Below, one piece after another: positions 29,872-41,036 of a stretch of DNA of 64,000 nucleotides. The DNA is from Gammaproteobacteria bacterium. GTDB taxonomy: Bacteria; Pseudomonadota; Gammaproteobacteria; VBWC01. The stretch is taken from contig JAHFRU010000002.1 in NCBI GenBank assembly GCA_023266115.1, positions 58,228 to 122,227 on the forward strand. The letters are read 5' to 3'. Numbering within the stretch: position 1 is the stretch's first letter; each line of letters opens with the position of its first letter. Under the pieces are notes generated by a model, which saw only the letters and a program-made list of their open reading frames with translations, was not told the origin of the DNA and did not search any database. A program made the position numbers and the translations under genes.

Positions 29872-30149
29872 TGGCGTTCGTCATACGCTTATTGCATCGT
29901 GGTGTGCTGTTCTGGCTATTGGCGGGTAGTATCTGGCTGAGTGGCTGCGCGTCCTACGCCGACAAGAATGTGGCGTACCGGGACAGTCGGGTATCGCCGG
30001 TGCTCGAGGTGCCCGCCGGACTGGATACGCCTGTGGCCGAACGCCCGCTGACGATACCGGGTGCCCCGGCGGCCGAGCCGATGTCCGATGACGAGCCCCT
30101 CGACGTACGTGCGCCAAGTATCCTCGATGAGGAGCCGGCCGGACCGTGA
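29871..30149 (+). CDS. Short lipoprotein, BamC N-terminus-like (92 aa)
   Basis: ATG overlaps dapA TGA; hydrophobic signal with LSGC lipobox; [15 protein letters not shown]; occupies the dapA-bamC-purC position. Confidence 0.7.
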   Translation: MAFVIRLLHRGVLFWLLAGSIWLSGCASYADKNVAYRDSRVSPVLEVPAGLDTPVAERPLTIPGAPAAEPMSDDEPLDVRAPSILDEEPAGP

Positions 30150-30237
30150 CTGCGCGGAATTTTTGTCATTTCCCGACCGTGTATCGGGTAAAATGGCGTC
30201 AGGCAAAACCCGTCGTACAGTCACAGGAATTTTGACC

Positions 30238-30951
30238 ATGCACACCGGCACCCCGATATATTCCGGGAAGGCGAAGACGCTTTACACCACCGACGATCCG
30301 GACAAGCTGATCATGGGGTTCCGTGACGATACGTCAGCATTCGACGGTCGCAAGCTCGCGCAACTCAGCCGCAAGGGAAAGATCAATAACAGGTTTAACG
30401 CGTTCATCATGGCCAAGTTGGCCGAAGCCGGTATCCCGACGCATTTTGAACACCTGTTGTCGGATACGGAATCGCTGGTCAAGAAGCTGCATATGATTCC
30501 GATCGAGTGTGTCGTGCGGAATCTGACGGCCGGCAGTGTCTGCCGCCGTCTTGGGGTGAAGGAAGGCATTGCGCTTGATCCCCCGACGTTCGAGTTTTTT
30601 TTGAAGAACGACGAGTTGCACGATCCGATGGTCAATGATTACTTGATCCGCTCATTCAACTGGGCGAGCGATGCCGATATTGCCAGAATGAAGGAGCTGA
30701 CGTTCCGGGTGAATGCGGTGCTGAAGGATCTGTTTTTCGCTGCCGGAATTCTGCTCGTCGATTACAAGCTCGAATTCGGCCGCTATCACAACGAGGTCGT
30801 GCTCGGTGACGAGTTCACGCCTGACGGCTGCCGGTTGTGGGATGCCGCGACCCGGGAGAAGCTGGACAAAGACCGCTTTCGCCAGGATCTTGGTGGCGTC
30901 GTCGAGGCGTACGAGGAAGTGGCGCGCCGGCTTGGCATTGGCATTCAGTAA
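30238..30951 (+). CDS. purC: SAICAR synthetase
   Basis: [39 protein letters not shown]; AGGA SD. Confidence 0.97.
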   Translation: MHTGTPIYSGKAKTLYTTDDPDKLIMGFRDDTSAFDGRKLAQLSRKGKINNRFNAFIMAKLAEAGIPTHFEHLLSDTESLVKKLHMIPIECVVRNLTAGSVCRRLGVKEGIALDPPTFEFFLKNDELHDPMVNDYLIRSFNWASDADIARMKELTFRVNAVLKDLFFAAGILLVDYKLEFGRYHNEVVLGDEFTPDGCRLWDAATREKLDKDRFRQDLGGVVEAYEEVARRLGIGIQ

Positions 30952-31047
30952 CGGTCGCCCGGCCCGGCTTGCCAGGGCAGTTGCAGAACTGGCCGGCATC
31001 GCGCCGGCGTCTGTAATCACGCGAATCATAACCCAGATCGAACTGTC

Positions 31048-34000
31048 ATGATCCGGCTGAACGGTAAACCGGTATTTTCCCAATTTCGGCTGGACAGGCT
31101 CGTGCGCCGTGCGCGCGAGATCGTGCCCGACGTCACGCGCGTCACGACGACCTACTGCTATTTCGTCGATGCCGAGCCGCGCCTGACAACGGAACAACGA
31201 GACCTGGTCGGGACGCTGATTGACGAAGCCCCGGAGTCTGCGCCGGGTGAACCGGCGCCGTTGCTCGTGGTGCCGAGGCCGGGGACGATACCGCCGTGGT
31301 CATCGAAGGCGCTCGATATTCTTCACCTGTGCGGGTTGACGAACGTACGGGCGATTTTCCGCGGACGTCTGTTCCAGTTCCGGTATTCAAATGACCAACC
31401 GGCCAGCGAGCACGACGTCGGTCAGTTGTCCGGACTGGTACATGATCGCATGACGGAGACAGTCATGACCGGGTTCGACGATGCCGACGTGTTGTTTCGG
31501 CGCACCGAGCCGGCTGCTCTCGAAACGGTAGACGTCATCAACGGCGGTACACAGGCGCTGATCACGGCGAATCGTGACAAAGGTCTCGCGTTGTCAGCGG
31601 ACGAGATCGACTATCTTGTCGATAGCTACCGTGCGCTCGGACGCAATCCAACCGATATCGAGCTGATGATGTTTGCGCAGGCGAACTCCGAACATTGTCG
31701 TCACAAGATATTCAATGCCGACTGGATCGTCGATGGCGTAGCGCGTGATAAATCGCTGTTTGCGATGATCCGCAACACCGCGGCCAGCAGCCCGGACGGG
31801 GTGCTGTCGGCCTATCGAGACAATGCCGCGGTGATTGCAGGAACCCTGTGCGAGCGATTCTTTCCCGACGCGCTGACGCGGGCTTATGCCTCTCATCACG
31901 AGGAGGCGCATATCCTCATCAAGGTCGAGACGCACAATCATCCGACGGCGATATCGCCTTACCCGGGTGCGGCGACCGGGTGCGGCGGCGAAATACGGGA
32001 CGAGGGTGCCACCGGGCGCGGCGCCAGACCCAAGGCCGGACTGGCAGGATTTTCCGTGTCCAACCTGCTGTTGCCCGGTGCGCAACGTCCCTGGGAAACT
32101 GACTATGGCCGTCCGGCGCATCTCATGTCGGCCCTCGATATCATGCTTGAGGGTCCGCTGGGCGCGGCCGGGTTCAACAACGAATTCGGCCGGCCGAACA
32201 TCGCCGGCTATTTCCGTACCTACGAGGAACAGGTGCGGGGTCCGCACGGAGCCGAACTGCGCGGTTATCACAAACCGATCATGATCGCCGGCGGTATCGG
32301 CATGATCCGTCCGGCGCACGTGCACAAGCAGCAGGTGCCGCCGGGTGCGCCGATCGTCGTGCTGGGCGGGCCGGCAATGCTGATCGGCCTGGGCGGCGGT
32401 GCGGCGTCGTCAATGGCCAGCGGGGCGAGCCGGTCCGAGCTGGATTTTGCATCGGTGCAACGTGACAACCCGGAAATGCAGCGGCGTTGTCAGGAGGTCA
32501 TCGACCGGTGCTGGCAGCGTGGTGACGACAACCCGATACTCTCTATCCACGATGTCGGCGCCGGTGGATTGTCGAATGCGGTGCCCGAGATCGTCAATGA
32601 CAGTGCTCGCGGTGCGCGCATCGAAATGCGCGCCATCCCGAACGATGATCCCGGCATGTCGCCGCTCGAGATCTGGTGCAATGAAGCGCAGGAGCGCTAC
32701 GTGCTGGTAGTGGCCCCGGGGCGTCTGAAGGAATTCCGGGACATCTGCCGGCGCGAACGTTGCCCGTACGCCGTTGTCGGTGAGGTCAACGACGACAGGC
32801 AATTGATCGTCGGCGATGGTTATTTCGATAATCTGCCGATCGACATACCGATGTCGCTGTTGTTTGGCAAGGCGCCGAAGATGTTGCGCGATGTCACGCA
32901 TCATCCGTTTCACAAGGATGAACTCGATACCGCGTCGCTGGATATCGCGGAAGCGGCGCGGCGGATTCTGCTATTGCCGGTCGTCGCGGACAAGACCTTT
33001 CTGGTGACGATAGGTGATCGCAGCGTCGGCGGGATGGTGACGCGTGATCAAATGGTCGGTCCATGGCAGGTGCCGGTCGCCGACGTCGGCGTCACCTGCG
33101 GCGGGTTTCATGGTTACAGCGGCGAAGCGATGGCGATCGGCGAGCGCGCGCCGATCGCGCTGGTGCATCCGGCCGCATCGGGTCGCATGGCGATCGGCGA
33201 GGCGATCACCAACATTGCGGCGGCACGTATTGCCAAAATCGGCGATATCAAACTGTCGGCGAACTGGATGGCGGCGGTCGGACATCCGGGCGAGGACGCC
33301 GGCCTGTATGAAACGGTCCGGTCGGTGGCTATGGAGTTGTGCCCCGCGCTGGGTATCGCCATTCCGGTCGGCAAGGATTCGCTGTCGATGAAAACCGTCT
33401 GGAGACAGGGTCGCGAGGAGCGTGTCATGGCGGCGCCGTTGTCGCTGATCGTCAGCGCGTTTGCGCCGGTTACGGATGTGCGCCGCACGTTGACCCCGCA
33501 ACTGGTGGCTACCCGAGGCGATACCGACCTGATCCTGATTGACCTGGGCAAAGGCCGTAACCGGCTCGGCGGGTCGGCGCTGGCGCAAGTCTACAAGCAG
33601 ATCGGGCACCGCCCTCCCGATCTTGACGATCCGCGCGCGGTGAAGACGTTCTTCGACGTTATTCAGTCACTGAACGCCGATGGGCTGATACTGGCCTATC
33701 ACGATCGCTCGGACGGCGGCCTGTTCGTGACCCTGTGCGAAATGGCGTTTGCCGGCCACGTGGGCATTGCAATCGATCTGGACGACCTCGGACGTGATCT
33801 CGCCGCGACGCTGTTCTGCGAGGAACTCGGCGCTGTCCTGCAGGTCCGGCACTGCGATACGGATACCGTGTTACAGGTGTTACGCGAGAACGGTATCGAC
33901 CGCCACGCCCACATCGTTGGCACGGTGAGTGACGACGACCGCGTGGTATTTTCGCATGGCGGCCGCGCAGTGCTGGAGGATACGCGAACCGGTTTTCAGC

Positions 34001-34941
34001 GTTTGTGGTCGGAGACGACGTGGCGCATGCAGGGTTTGCGGGACAATCCCGATTGTGCGCAGCAGGAATACGATCGCATCCTGGATCGTGATGATCCCGG
34101 TCTGAATGTCCGTCTGACCTTTGATCCGAACGACGATGTCACGGCGCCGTTCGCCGGCCGCAGCGCCCGGCCACGTGTTGCGATATTGCGCGAGCAGGGC
34201 GTCAACGGTCACGTTGAGATGGCGGCGGCGTTCGACCGCGCACGGTTCGAGGCGGTCGATGTCCACATGAGCGATATCCTGTCGGGAGCCGTATCGTTGC
34301 AGGAGTTTCACGGCCTGGTGGCATGCGGCGGCTTTTCCTACGGCGACGTATTGGGCGCCGGGCGCGGCTGGGCCAGCACCATTTTGTTCAATGCCCGCGC
34401 GCGCGATGAATTTTCCGCGTTCTTCGAGCGTCGTGATTCGTTCGCGCTCGGTGTGTGCAACGGCTGCCAGATGATGTCGCATCTGTATCAATCGATTCCA
34501 GGTGCTGCGCAGTGGCCGCAGTTCGTGCGTAACCTGTCGGAACAGTTCGAGGCGCGCTTCGCGCTGGTGCGGGTACGGCCGTCACGATCGCTCTTCCTGA
34601 ACGGTATGGGAGGGTCCGTTATGCCGGTAGCGGTCGCGCACGGCGAAGGGCGCGTGGTGTTCCGTCATGCGACGGATCACAGGGCGTTGCAGGACGGCGG
34701 CCAGGTGGCGCTCGAATATGTCGATAATCACGGCTCAGCCACTGAGCGTTACCCGTTTAATCCCGGCGGTTCTCCGCAGGGCATTACCGGTCTGACGACG
34801 CCCGACGGTCGATTCACGATCATGATGCCGCATCCCGAGCGTGTCTTTCGCACCGTGCAGCATTCGTGGCATCCCGGTGACTGGGGTGAGGACGGGCCGT
34901 GGTTGCGTATGTTCCGGAATGCGCGGACGCAACTCGGATGA
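31048..34941 (+). CDS. purL: Phosphoribosylformylglycinamidine synthase (large fused form)
   Basis: [38 protein letters not shown]. Confidence 0.99.
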   Translation: MIRLNGKPVFSQFRLDRLVRRAREIVPDVTRVTTTYCYFVDAEPRLTTEQRDLVGTLIDEAPESAPGEPAPLLVVPRPGTIPPWSSKALDILHLCGLTNVRAIFRGRLFQFRYSNDQPASEHDVGQLSGLVHDRMTETVMTGFDDADVLFRRTEPAALETVDVINGGTQALITANRDKGLALSADEIDYLVDSYRALGRNPTDIELMMFAQANSEHCRHKIFNADWIVDGVARDKSLFAMIRNTAASSPDGVLSAYRDNAAVIAGTLCERFFPDALTRAYASHHEEAHILIKVETHNHPTAISPYPGAATGCGGEIRDEGATGRGARPKAGLAGFSVSNLLLPGAQRPWETDYGRPAHLMSALDIMLEGPLGAAGFNNEFGRPNIAGYFRTYEEQVRGPHGAELRGYHKPIMIAGGIGMIRPAHVHKQQVPPGAPIVVLGGPAMLIGLGGGAASSMASGASRSELDFASVQRDNPEMQRRCQEVIDRCWQRGDDNPILSIHDVGAGGLSNAVPEIVNDSARGARIEMRAIPNDDPGMSPLEIWCNEAQERYVLVVAPGRLKEFRDICRRERCPYAVVGEVNDDRQLIVGDGYFDNLPIDIPMSLLFGKAPKMLRDVTHHPFHKDELDTASLDIAEAARRILLLPVVADKTFLVTIGDRSVGGMVTRDQMVGPWQVPVADVGVTCGGFHGYSGEAMAIGERAPIALVHPAASGRMAIGEAITNIAAARIAKIGDIKLSANWMAAVGHPGEDAGLYETVRSVAMELCPALGIAIPVGKDSLSMKTVWRQGREERVMAAPLSLIVSAFAPVTDVRRTLTPQLVATRGDTDLILIDLGKGRNRLGGSALAQVYKQIGHRPPDLDDPRAVKTFFDVIQSLNADGLILAYHDRSDGGLFVTLCEMAFAGHVGIAIDLDDLGRDLAATLFCEELGAVLQVRHCDTDTVLQVLRENGIDRHAHIVGTVSDDDRVVFSHGGRAVLEDTRTGFQRLWSETTWRMQGLRDNPDCAQQEYDRILDRDDPGLNVRLTFDPNDDVTAPFAGRSARPRVAILREQGVNGHVEMAAAFDRARFEAVDVHMSDILSGAVSLQEFHGLVACGGFSYGDVLGAGRGWASTILFNARARDEFSAFFERRDSFALGVCNGCQMMSHLYQSIPGAAQWPQFVRNLSEQFEARFALVRVRPSRSLFLNGMGGSVMPVAVAHGEGRVVFRHATDHRALQDGGQVALEYVDNHGSATERYPFNPGGSPQGITGLTTPDGRFTIMMPHPERVFRTVQHSWHPGDWGEDGPWLRMFRNARTQLG

Positions 34942-35031
34942 TCGTTGTGGCATTGGATGACGGACACGCCATGATAGAGTGCCATCTGTTACCGCTGTTT
35001 TTTTTAAACCGGGCTTTTCCAGGCAGCTAGC

Positions 35032-36612
35032 ATGTCTCATTACACCGACGAAATGTCGCGGCGGCGGACGTTCGCGATTATCTCGCACCCCGACGCCGGT
35101 AAAACCACCATTACCGAGAAACTGTTGCTGTTCGGTGGGGCGATTCAGCTCGCCGGTACCGTCAAGGGACGCAAGGCGGCCCGTCACGCGACGTCGGACT
35201 GGATGGCGCTGGAAAAGGAGCGCGGCATTTCGGTCACGTCTTCCGTGATGCAGTTTCCCTACCAGGACAAGATCGTCAATCTGCTCGATACGCCCGGCCA
35301 CGCCGATTTCTCCGAGGACACCTACCGCACGCTGACGGCGGTGGATTCTGCGCTGATGGTGATCGACAGCGCCAAGGGTGTCGAGGAACGCACCATCAAG
35401 CTGATGGAAGTATGCCGGCTGCGGGATACGCCGATACTGACTTATATCAACAAGCTTGATCGCGATGGCCGGGAGCCGGTCGATCTGCTTGATGAAATCG
35501 AGACGGTGCTTAACATCCGCTGTGCCCCTGTCACCTGGCCGATAGGCATGGGCAAGCATTTTAAAGGCGTATTTCATATCCTCAACGACCGCGTGCATCT
35601 ATTCAGTGCTTCGCACAGCGGCAAGATCCGCATGGGTGAGGTCGTGGACGGATTGCACAACTCCCGGCTGGACGAGCTGCTCGGTGATGCGGCGAAGGAA
35701 TTACGTAATGAAATCGAGCTCGTCAAAGGCGCGAGTAACGCCTTTGATCGTTCGGCCTATCTGGCGGGCGCGCTGACACCGGTTTTTTTCGGGTCGGCGA
35801 TTAATAACTTCGGCGTCGAGGAGCTGCTCAACACCTTCGTCGGGTACGCGCCGCCGCCCAAGGTGCATGCGACGACGACACGTCTGGTTTCGGCCGACGA
35901 GGAAAAATTCTCCGGCTTTGTGTTCAAGATTCAGGCCAATATGGACCCCCAGCACCGGGACCGCATTGCGTTCCTGCGTATCTGTTCGGGCGAATACCGG
36001 AAGGGCATGAAGATGCGTCACGTCAGACTCGGCAGGGATGTACTGATCGCCAACGCGGTGACGTTCCGCGCCGGGGAGCGCGAGCAGGCCGACGATGCGT
36101 GTGCGGGTGACATCATTGGCCTGCACAATCACGGTACGATCCAGATCGGAGATACCTTTACGCAGGGTGAGGAACTGAAATTCACCGGTATTCCAAATTT
36201 TGCGCCGGAACTGTTTCGCCGCGCGGTGTTGCGTGACCCGTTGCGTATGAAGGCCTTATTGAAAGGCCTTGAACAGCTCTCGGAGGAAGGCGCTACCCAG
36301 CTGTTCCGGCCGCTGACCAGTAACGATCTGATATTGGGTGCCATCGGGGTGTTGCAGTTCGAGGTAGTCGCCTATCGATTAAAACACGAATACAGTGTTG
36401 ATTGCGTATTTGAGCCGGTGAACGTTGTGACGGCGAGGTGGGTATCGTGCAAGGACGCCAGGCGGCTGGGTGAGTTTCGCGTGAAGGCGCAGGATAATCT
36501 CGCGCTCGATAGCGCGGGAAGTCTCGCCTATATCGCGCCGACGCGCGTTAATCTTCAGGTGATCATGGAACGCTGGCCAGAGATCGAGTTTCACACGACC
36601 CGTGAGCATTGA
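35032..36612 (+). CDS. prfC: Peptide chain release factor 3
   Basis: [33 protein letters not shown]. Confidence 0.99.
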   Translation: MSHYTDEMSRRRTFAIISHPDAGKTTITEKLLLFGGAIQLAGTVKGRKAARHATSDWMALEKERGISVTSSVMQFPYQDKIVNLLDTPGHADFSEDTYRTLTAVDSALMVIDSAKGVEERTIKLMEVCRLRDTPILTYINKLDRDGREPVDLLDEIETVLNIRCAPVTWPIGMGKHFKGVFHILNDRVHLFSASHSGKIRMGEVVDGLHNSRLDELLGDAAKELRNEIELVKGASNAFDRSAYLAGALTPVFFGSAINNFGVEELLNTFVGYAPPPKVHATTTRLVSADEEKFSGFVFKIQANMDPQHRDRIAFLRICSGEYRKGMKMRHVRLGRDVLIANAVTFRAGEREQADDACAGDIIGLHNHGTIQIGDTFTQGEELKFTGIPNFAPELFRRAVLRDPLRMKALLKGLEQLSEEGATQLFRPLTSNDLILGAIGVLQFEVVAYRLKHEYSVDCVFEPVNVVTARWVSCKDARRLGEFRVKAQDNLALDSAGSLAYIAPTRVNLQVIMERWPEIEFHTTREH

Positions 36613-36772
36613 GTGGTGTTAGGCGGTTACGTCAACCGGGTACGGAGTTATTTGTTAAATAGTGTCAAAACCCTGTGATTGGTGTTGAGTCGCGTCGGTA
36701 TATTTGTCATCGTATACGTATGTTCACAGATTGACGTGAAACGACACAGCGGTAAATCTAACGGAGAACAAA

Positions 36773-37492
36773 ATGAACAGGAATTTCGGAGCTATTGTGA
36801 TTGCTTTCGGAGTCGCGTCGCTGGGCGTGGCACACGCCGCGGAACCGGTGAAACCATGGGCAGGCGAGGTAGAGGCCGGTATCATCGTTACCAGCGGTAA
36901 TACGGACACGCAAAACATCAGCGCCAAGGCGAAGGTGGTCAACAACCGCGACAAATGGCGGCATACCGGCAAGCTCGAGGCGTTGCAAAGTGAAAACACC
37001 AACGTTACGACGGCTGAACGTTACCTGGCTTCAGGCAAGAGCGATTATAAACTCACCGATATTGATTACCTGTTCGGTACCATCGATTACGAAGACGACA
37101 AGTTCAGCGGCTACGACTATCGTGCCACCGAGGTTCTCGGTTATGGACGGCGCGTATTGAGTACGCCGTCGATGACGCTGGAACTCGAAGTCGGTGCCGG
37201 TTCCCGTCAGAGCAAGCTGACCAGTAGCGGTGATACGAATAGCGAGGGACTCGCGCGCCTGGCCGGTAATTACAACTGGAAGATCAGTGATACCACCACC
37301 TTTAGTGAAGAATTGACGGTCGACGCTGGCAGCGATTCGACGATATCCAAATCGGTCACCGGTCTTAAATCCCAGGTTGCCGGTAATCTGGCAACCAGGA
37401 TCACGCTGACGGTCAAGAACACGTCCGACGTTCCGGTCGGCGTTGAGAAGACCGACAGGGAAACCGCCGTGACCCTCGTCTACGGTTTCTAA
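36773..37492 (+). CDS. DUF481 (YdiY-like) outer-membrane beta-barrel protein
   Basis: Signal peptide (VAHA-A), W.GEVEAG...TSGNT, alternating beta pattern, C-terminal LVYGF beta-signal. Confidence 0.8.
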   Translation: MNRNFGAIVIAFGVASLGVAHAAEPVKPWAGEVEAGIIVTSGNTDTQNISAKAKVVNNRDKWRHTGKLEALQSENTNVTTAERYLASGKSDYKLTDIDYLFGTIDYEDDKFSGYDYRATEVLGYGRRVLSTPSMTLELEVGAGSRQSKLTSSGDTNSEGLARLAGNYNWKISDTTTFSEELTVDAGSDSTISKSVTGLKSQVAGNLATRITLTVKNTSDVPVGVEKTDRETAVTLVYGF

Positions 37493-37506
37493 TATTTCTG
37501 CAATTT

Positions 37507-37538
37507 AAAAAAACCAGCCGAACGGCTGGCTTTTTTAT
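37507..37538. terminator. Bidirectional-type Rho-independent terminator
   Basis: A7-CCAGCCG-AA-CGGCTGG-C-T6. Confidence 0.85.
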
Positions 37539-37771
37539 TGTTTAAATCCGCTTCCACCTGTCGTTGTCACGACCCTGGTCAGGTGACGCGAATTGCCGCC
37601 CAACGGTTAAATTGACAGGGTGGCGATCTCAGTGCCCGGATGGCGGGCATCTCTATCGTGCCGAGTACGGTATTGACCGCCTGGAATGGCGTCGCCGGTT
37701 CGGATGGCCGAAACGTATGCCATTCGAGGAAACCACGTATAGGCGGTCCGGGCTTGCGGTTTCGGATCCAT

Positions 37772-37800
37772 CTGTCATAAATACGCAATAAATTTGTAAT
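37772..37800 (+). promoter_or_regulatory. Pho box upstream of phoB
   Basis: CTGTCAT-AAAT-ACGCAAT-AAAT-TTGTAAT: three half-sites at 11-bp period. Confidence 0.8.
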
Positions 37801-37842
37801 ATAAGGATATGCCATTGACTTGGGGATAAAATCAGGGGGTTT

Positions 37843-38538
37843 ATGGCAGCCACAGTTTTGATTGTCGAGGACGAGTCGGCCATCTGTGAGATGGTCAGTT
37901 TCGCATTGTCCCGGTCTGGCTATGACTGCCATGTGGCGATGGACGTGGAACAGGCCCGTCGGATTATTATGCAGCAGCGTCCTGATCTGATTTTGTTGGA
38001 CTGGATGTTGCCGGGCGAAACCGGTCTGCAGTTCGCGCGGCGACTGAAACAAGACCGCTATACGCGGGAAATCCCGATTATTATGCTGACTGCCCGGGGT
38101 GAGGAGGGTGATAAGGTCAGCGGACTGGAGGCCGGAGCGGATGATTACATCGCCAAGCCGTTCTCGCCGAAGGAACTGATGGCGCGTATTAAGGCCGTGT
38201 TGCGCCGAGTCGCGCCCCATGCAGCCAACGAGATCGTTCAGGTGGGCGCTCTGCTGCTGGACCCTGGAACTCATCGTGTTATCGCGGATGCCAAAGAATT
38301 GCGGGTGGGGCCGACCGAGTTCCGGCTGTTGAATTTCCTGATGACGCATCCTGAGCATGTGTTCAGCCGGGCGCAGCTACTCGATAATGTCTGGGGAACC
38401 GGTGTATATATCGACGAGCGCACCGTCGACGTCCACATCCGCCGCCTCAGGGAGTCACTGATGCCTGCGAAGTGTGAGGAAATGATTCAGACGGTGCGCG
38501 GCGTAGGTTACCGCTTTTCAACGCAGGATCCGTCTTGA
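37843..38538 (+). CDS. phoB: Phosphate regulon response regulator
   Basis: LLDWMLPG, GPTEFRLL, ERTVDVHIRRLR, QTVRGVGYRFS. Confidence 0.96.
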   Translation: MAATVLIVEDESAICEMVSFALSRSGYDCHVAMDVEQARRIIMQQRPDLILLDWMLPGETGLQFARRLKQDRYTREIPIIMLTARGEEGDKVSGLEAGADDYIAKPFSPKELMARIKAVLRRVAPHAANEIVQVGALLLDPGTHRVIADAKELRVGPTEFRLLNFLMTHPEHVFSRAQLLDNVWGTGVYIDERTVDVHIRRLRESLMPAKCEEMIQTVRGVGYRFSTQDPS

Positions 38539-39860
38539 CCAGCGGCTGGACGACCGAAGTACGCCGCTTTGCGGTCGTTGTTGCGATAGCTCTGCTGGCG
38601 GGATTGATCACAGGACGGTGGGGTCTGTCGCTGGCGCTCGCGGCGGGCGTCGCTCTTGGCTGGCTGCTTTATAACCTGGTGCGCCTGACGTCGTGGCTCG
38701 GCCGTCGTGATAAATCCTTGCCGCCGGTGTCATCCGGTGTCTGGGGCGAGGTTTTCGACAACATCTACCGTCTCCAGCGGCGTGACCGGCAGCGCAAGCG
38801 GCGCCTTTCACGGATGCTCGGCCAGTTTCAGCAGTCCGCCGCTGCGATGCCGGACGCGTCGGTGGTGCTGGGATCCTCCGGCGAGATCCAGTGGTTTAAC
38901 GAGGCGGCGCGGAATCTGCTCGGCATACGCTCGAAGGATGTCGGTCAGCGTATCGCGAACCTGGTGCGGTTCCCCGCATTTCAGGCGTTCGTGGCCGATG
39001 ACAGGGAAGGGGTAATTGAATTGCAGTCCCCCGTTGATGCGAGTATTGCGCTGCACTGTCAGATCGTTCGTTATGGCGACGAGCAGAGGTTGCTGATCGC
39101 CCGCGATGTTTCGTTGCTGCATCGCCTTGAACAGATACGTACCGACTTTGTCGCCAACGTATCCCATGAAATGCGCACCCCGTTGACGGTGCTGCATGGG
39201 TATCTCGAGACATTGACGGCCAGCGCGGCCGACACGCCTGCGGCATGGCGCCGGCCGCTGGAGCGCATGTACGAGCAGTCGCTGCGCATGCAGACGCTGG
39301 TCAATGATCTGCTGATTCTGACACGGCTTGAGACCGAGGGTCGCGGCGATCATGCGATGCCGGTCGCGGTCCCGGAAATGCTGTCCCGGATCCACATGGA
39401 TGCCGTGGCGCTGAGTGGCGAGCGCGAGCACCGATTCAAACTCGACATCGACGCGAGTCTTTGGGTGAATGGCAGTCCGAACGAGCTGCAAAGCGCTTTC
39501 TCGAATATCGTATTCAATGCAATCCAGTACACTCCGGAACGCGGCGAGGTTGCGATTCGATGGTACTCGAATGTGGCCGGCGCGCATCTTGAGGTCGTCG
39601 ACGATGGTATCGGCATTCCCGAACATCATATCCCGCGTCTTACCGAGCGGTTTTATCGTGTGGATATCGCGCGATCCAGACGTACCGGTGGCACCGGCCT
39701 CGGTCTGGCCATTGTCAAGCACGTGTTGCAGCGACATGGCGGTGAGCTTGAGATCAGGAGCAGCGAGGGAAACGGTAGCACGTTCATCTGTCATTTTCCG
39801 CCAGATGCGGTAGTCAATCGCGACGCGGGGCAGACGACCCAGGCGGGGCAGCGCCCATGA
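38535..39860 (+). CDS. phoR: Phosphate regulon sensor histidine kinase
   Basis: DFVANVSHEMRTPLTV, RLTERFYRVD, GGTGLGLAIVKH; coupled to phoB. Confidence 0.96.
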   Translation: MTSGWTTEVRRFAVVVAIALLAGLITGRWGLSLALAAGVALGWLLYNLVRLTSWLGRRDKSLPPVSSGVWGEVFDNIYRLQRRDRQRKRRLSRMLGQFQQSAAAMPDASVVLGSSGEIQWFNEAARNLLGIRSKDVGQRIANLVRFPAFQAFVADDREGVIELQSPVDASIALHCQIVRYGDEQRLLIARDVSLLHRLEQIRTDFVANVSHEMRTPLTVLHGYLETLTASAADTPAAWRRPLERMYEQSLRMQTLVNDLLILTRLETEGRGDHAMPVAVPEMLSRIHMDAVALSGEREHRFKLDIDASLWVNGSPNELQSAFSNIVFNAIQYTPERGEVAIRWYSNVAGAHLEVVDDGIGIPEHHIPRLTERFYRVDIARSRRTGGTGLGLAIVKHVLQRHGGELEIRSSEGNGSTFICHFPPDAVVNRDAGQTTQAGQRP

Positions 39861-39882
39861 CGTGAAATTTCAGCGGATCCCG

Positions 39883-39922
39883 CTTTCATGAACTCGTCAC
39901 GACGCTGTCATCATATTGTCAT
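39883..39922 (+). promoter_or_regulatory. Tandem Pho boxes upstream of pstS
   Basis: CTTTCAT, TCGTCAC, CTGTCAT, TTGTCAT at exact 11-bp period; CATATT/TATTAT -10 candidate at 39933-39940. Confidence 0.88.
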
Positions 39923-39993
39923 TTCTCCGCTACATATTATCGGCGTGTTTATCGGACGTAAATTTTTGAATTATTTGACGGGGGATCGCGATA

Positions 39994-40968
39994 ATGTTGA
40001 TACAGACAATAAGAGGAATGCTGGTCGTTTTTGCGGTCGGGATGCTACCGGCGTCGGTGCTGGCCACGGATTCGTCGGGCACGGGTTTGGCTGAATACAG
40101 CCCGGTCAGCGGTGTGTCCGGCAACCTGTCCAGCGTTGGTTCGGATACGCTCGCCAACCTGATGACGTTATGGGCCGAGGAATTCAAGCGTCTTTATCCC
40201 AATGTTAATGTCCAGATTCAGGCGGCCGGGTCGTCGACTGCGCCGCCGGCATTGACCGAGGGAACGGCCAGTCTTGGTCCAATGAGCCGCCAGATGAAAG
40301 ACAATGAAATCGAGGCGTTTGAAAAGAAGTTCGGTTACAAACCGACCGCGATCCGCGTCGCCATCGATGCGCTGTCAATCTTTGTGCACAAGGATAATCC
40401 GATCAAGGGCTTGACGATACCGCAGGTGGATGCGGTGTTTTCGTCGACCCGTAAGTGCGGTGCGGAAGCCGACGCGCGTAACTGGGGTGACGTTGGTCTG
40501 ACCGGCGCCTGGGCGAGTCGCAGCATTCAGATGTATGGCCGTAACTCGGTGTCTGGCACCTACGGTTACTTCAAGGACGAAGCGCTGTGCAAGGGAGACT
40601 TCAAGAACACGGTCAACGAACAGCCCGGTTCCGCTTCGGTGGTCCAGTCCGTGTCGGCGTCGCTGAACGGTATTGGTTACTCGGGGATCGGCTACAGAAC
40701 TTCCGGCGTCAGGGCGATACCGCTGGCCAAAAAGGCCGGGGAGCCTTATGTCGAGGCGACGCCGGAGAACGCGATCAAGGGCGCCTATCCGTTGTCGAGA
40801 TTTCTGTATGTCTATGTCAACAAGCACCCGAACAAGCCGCTGCCGCCGCTGGAGCGCGAGTTTCTCCGGATGGTGATGTCGAAGGCCGGCCAGCAGGTTG
40901 TTGTCAAGGATGGGTATATTCCGTTACCGGCCAAGGTGGCGGGTGTCGAGTCAGGCAAGCTGAATTGA
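39994..40968 (+). CDS. pstS: Phosphate ABC transporter substrate-binding protein
   Basis: Signal peptide; [42 protein letters not shown]. Confidence 0.95.
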   Translation: MLIQTIRGMLVVFAVGMLPASVLATDSSGTGLAEYSPVSGVSGNLSSVGSDTLANLMTLWAEEFKRLYPNVNVQIQAAGSSTAPPALTEGTASLGPMSRQMKDNEIEAFEKKFGYKPTAIRVAIDALSIFVHKDNPIKGLTIPQVDAVFSSTRKCGAEADARNWGDVGLTGAWASRSIQMYGRNSVSGTYGYFKDEALCKGDFKNTVNEQPGSASVVQSVSASLNGIGYSGIGYRTSGVRAIPLAKKAGEPYVEATPENAIKGAYPLSRFLYVYVNKHPNKPLPPLEREFLRMVMSKAGQQVVVKDGYIPLPAKVAGVESGKLN

Positions 40969-41036
40969 TGCTTGTGACATTAACGATAGTTGAGATAGTT
41001 GAAACACGTGTGTTAAAAAAACAGGGGGAAACGAGA

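Noticed and set aside
40587-41036. Programmed -1 frameshift fusing PstS to the porin (porin frame is open 150 codons upstream)
   Set aside because: Only C-AAA-AAG, not a canonical slippery heptamer; the porin has its own SD and signal peptide; open -1 frames are common at this GC content
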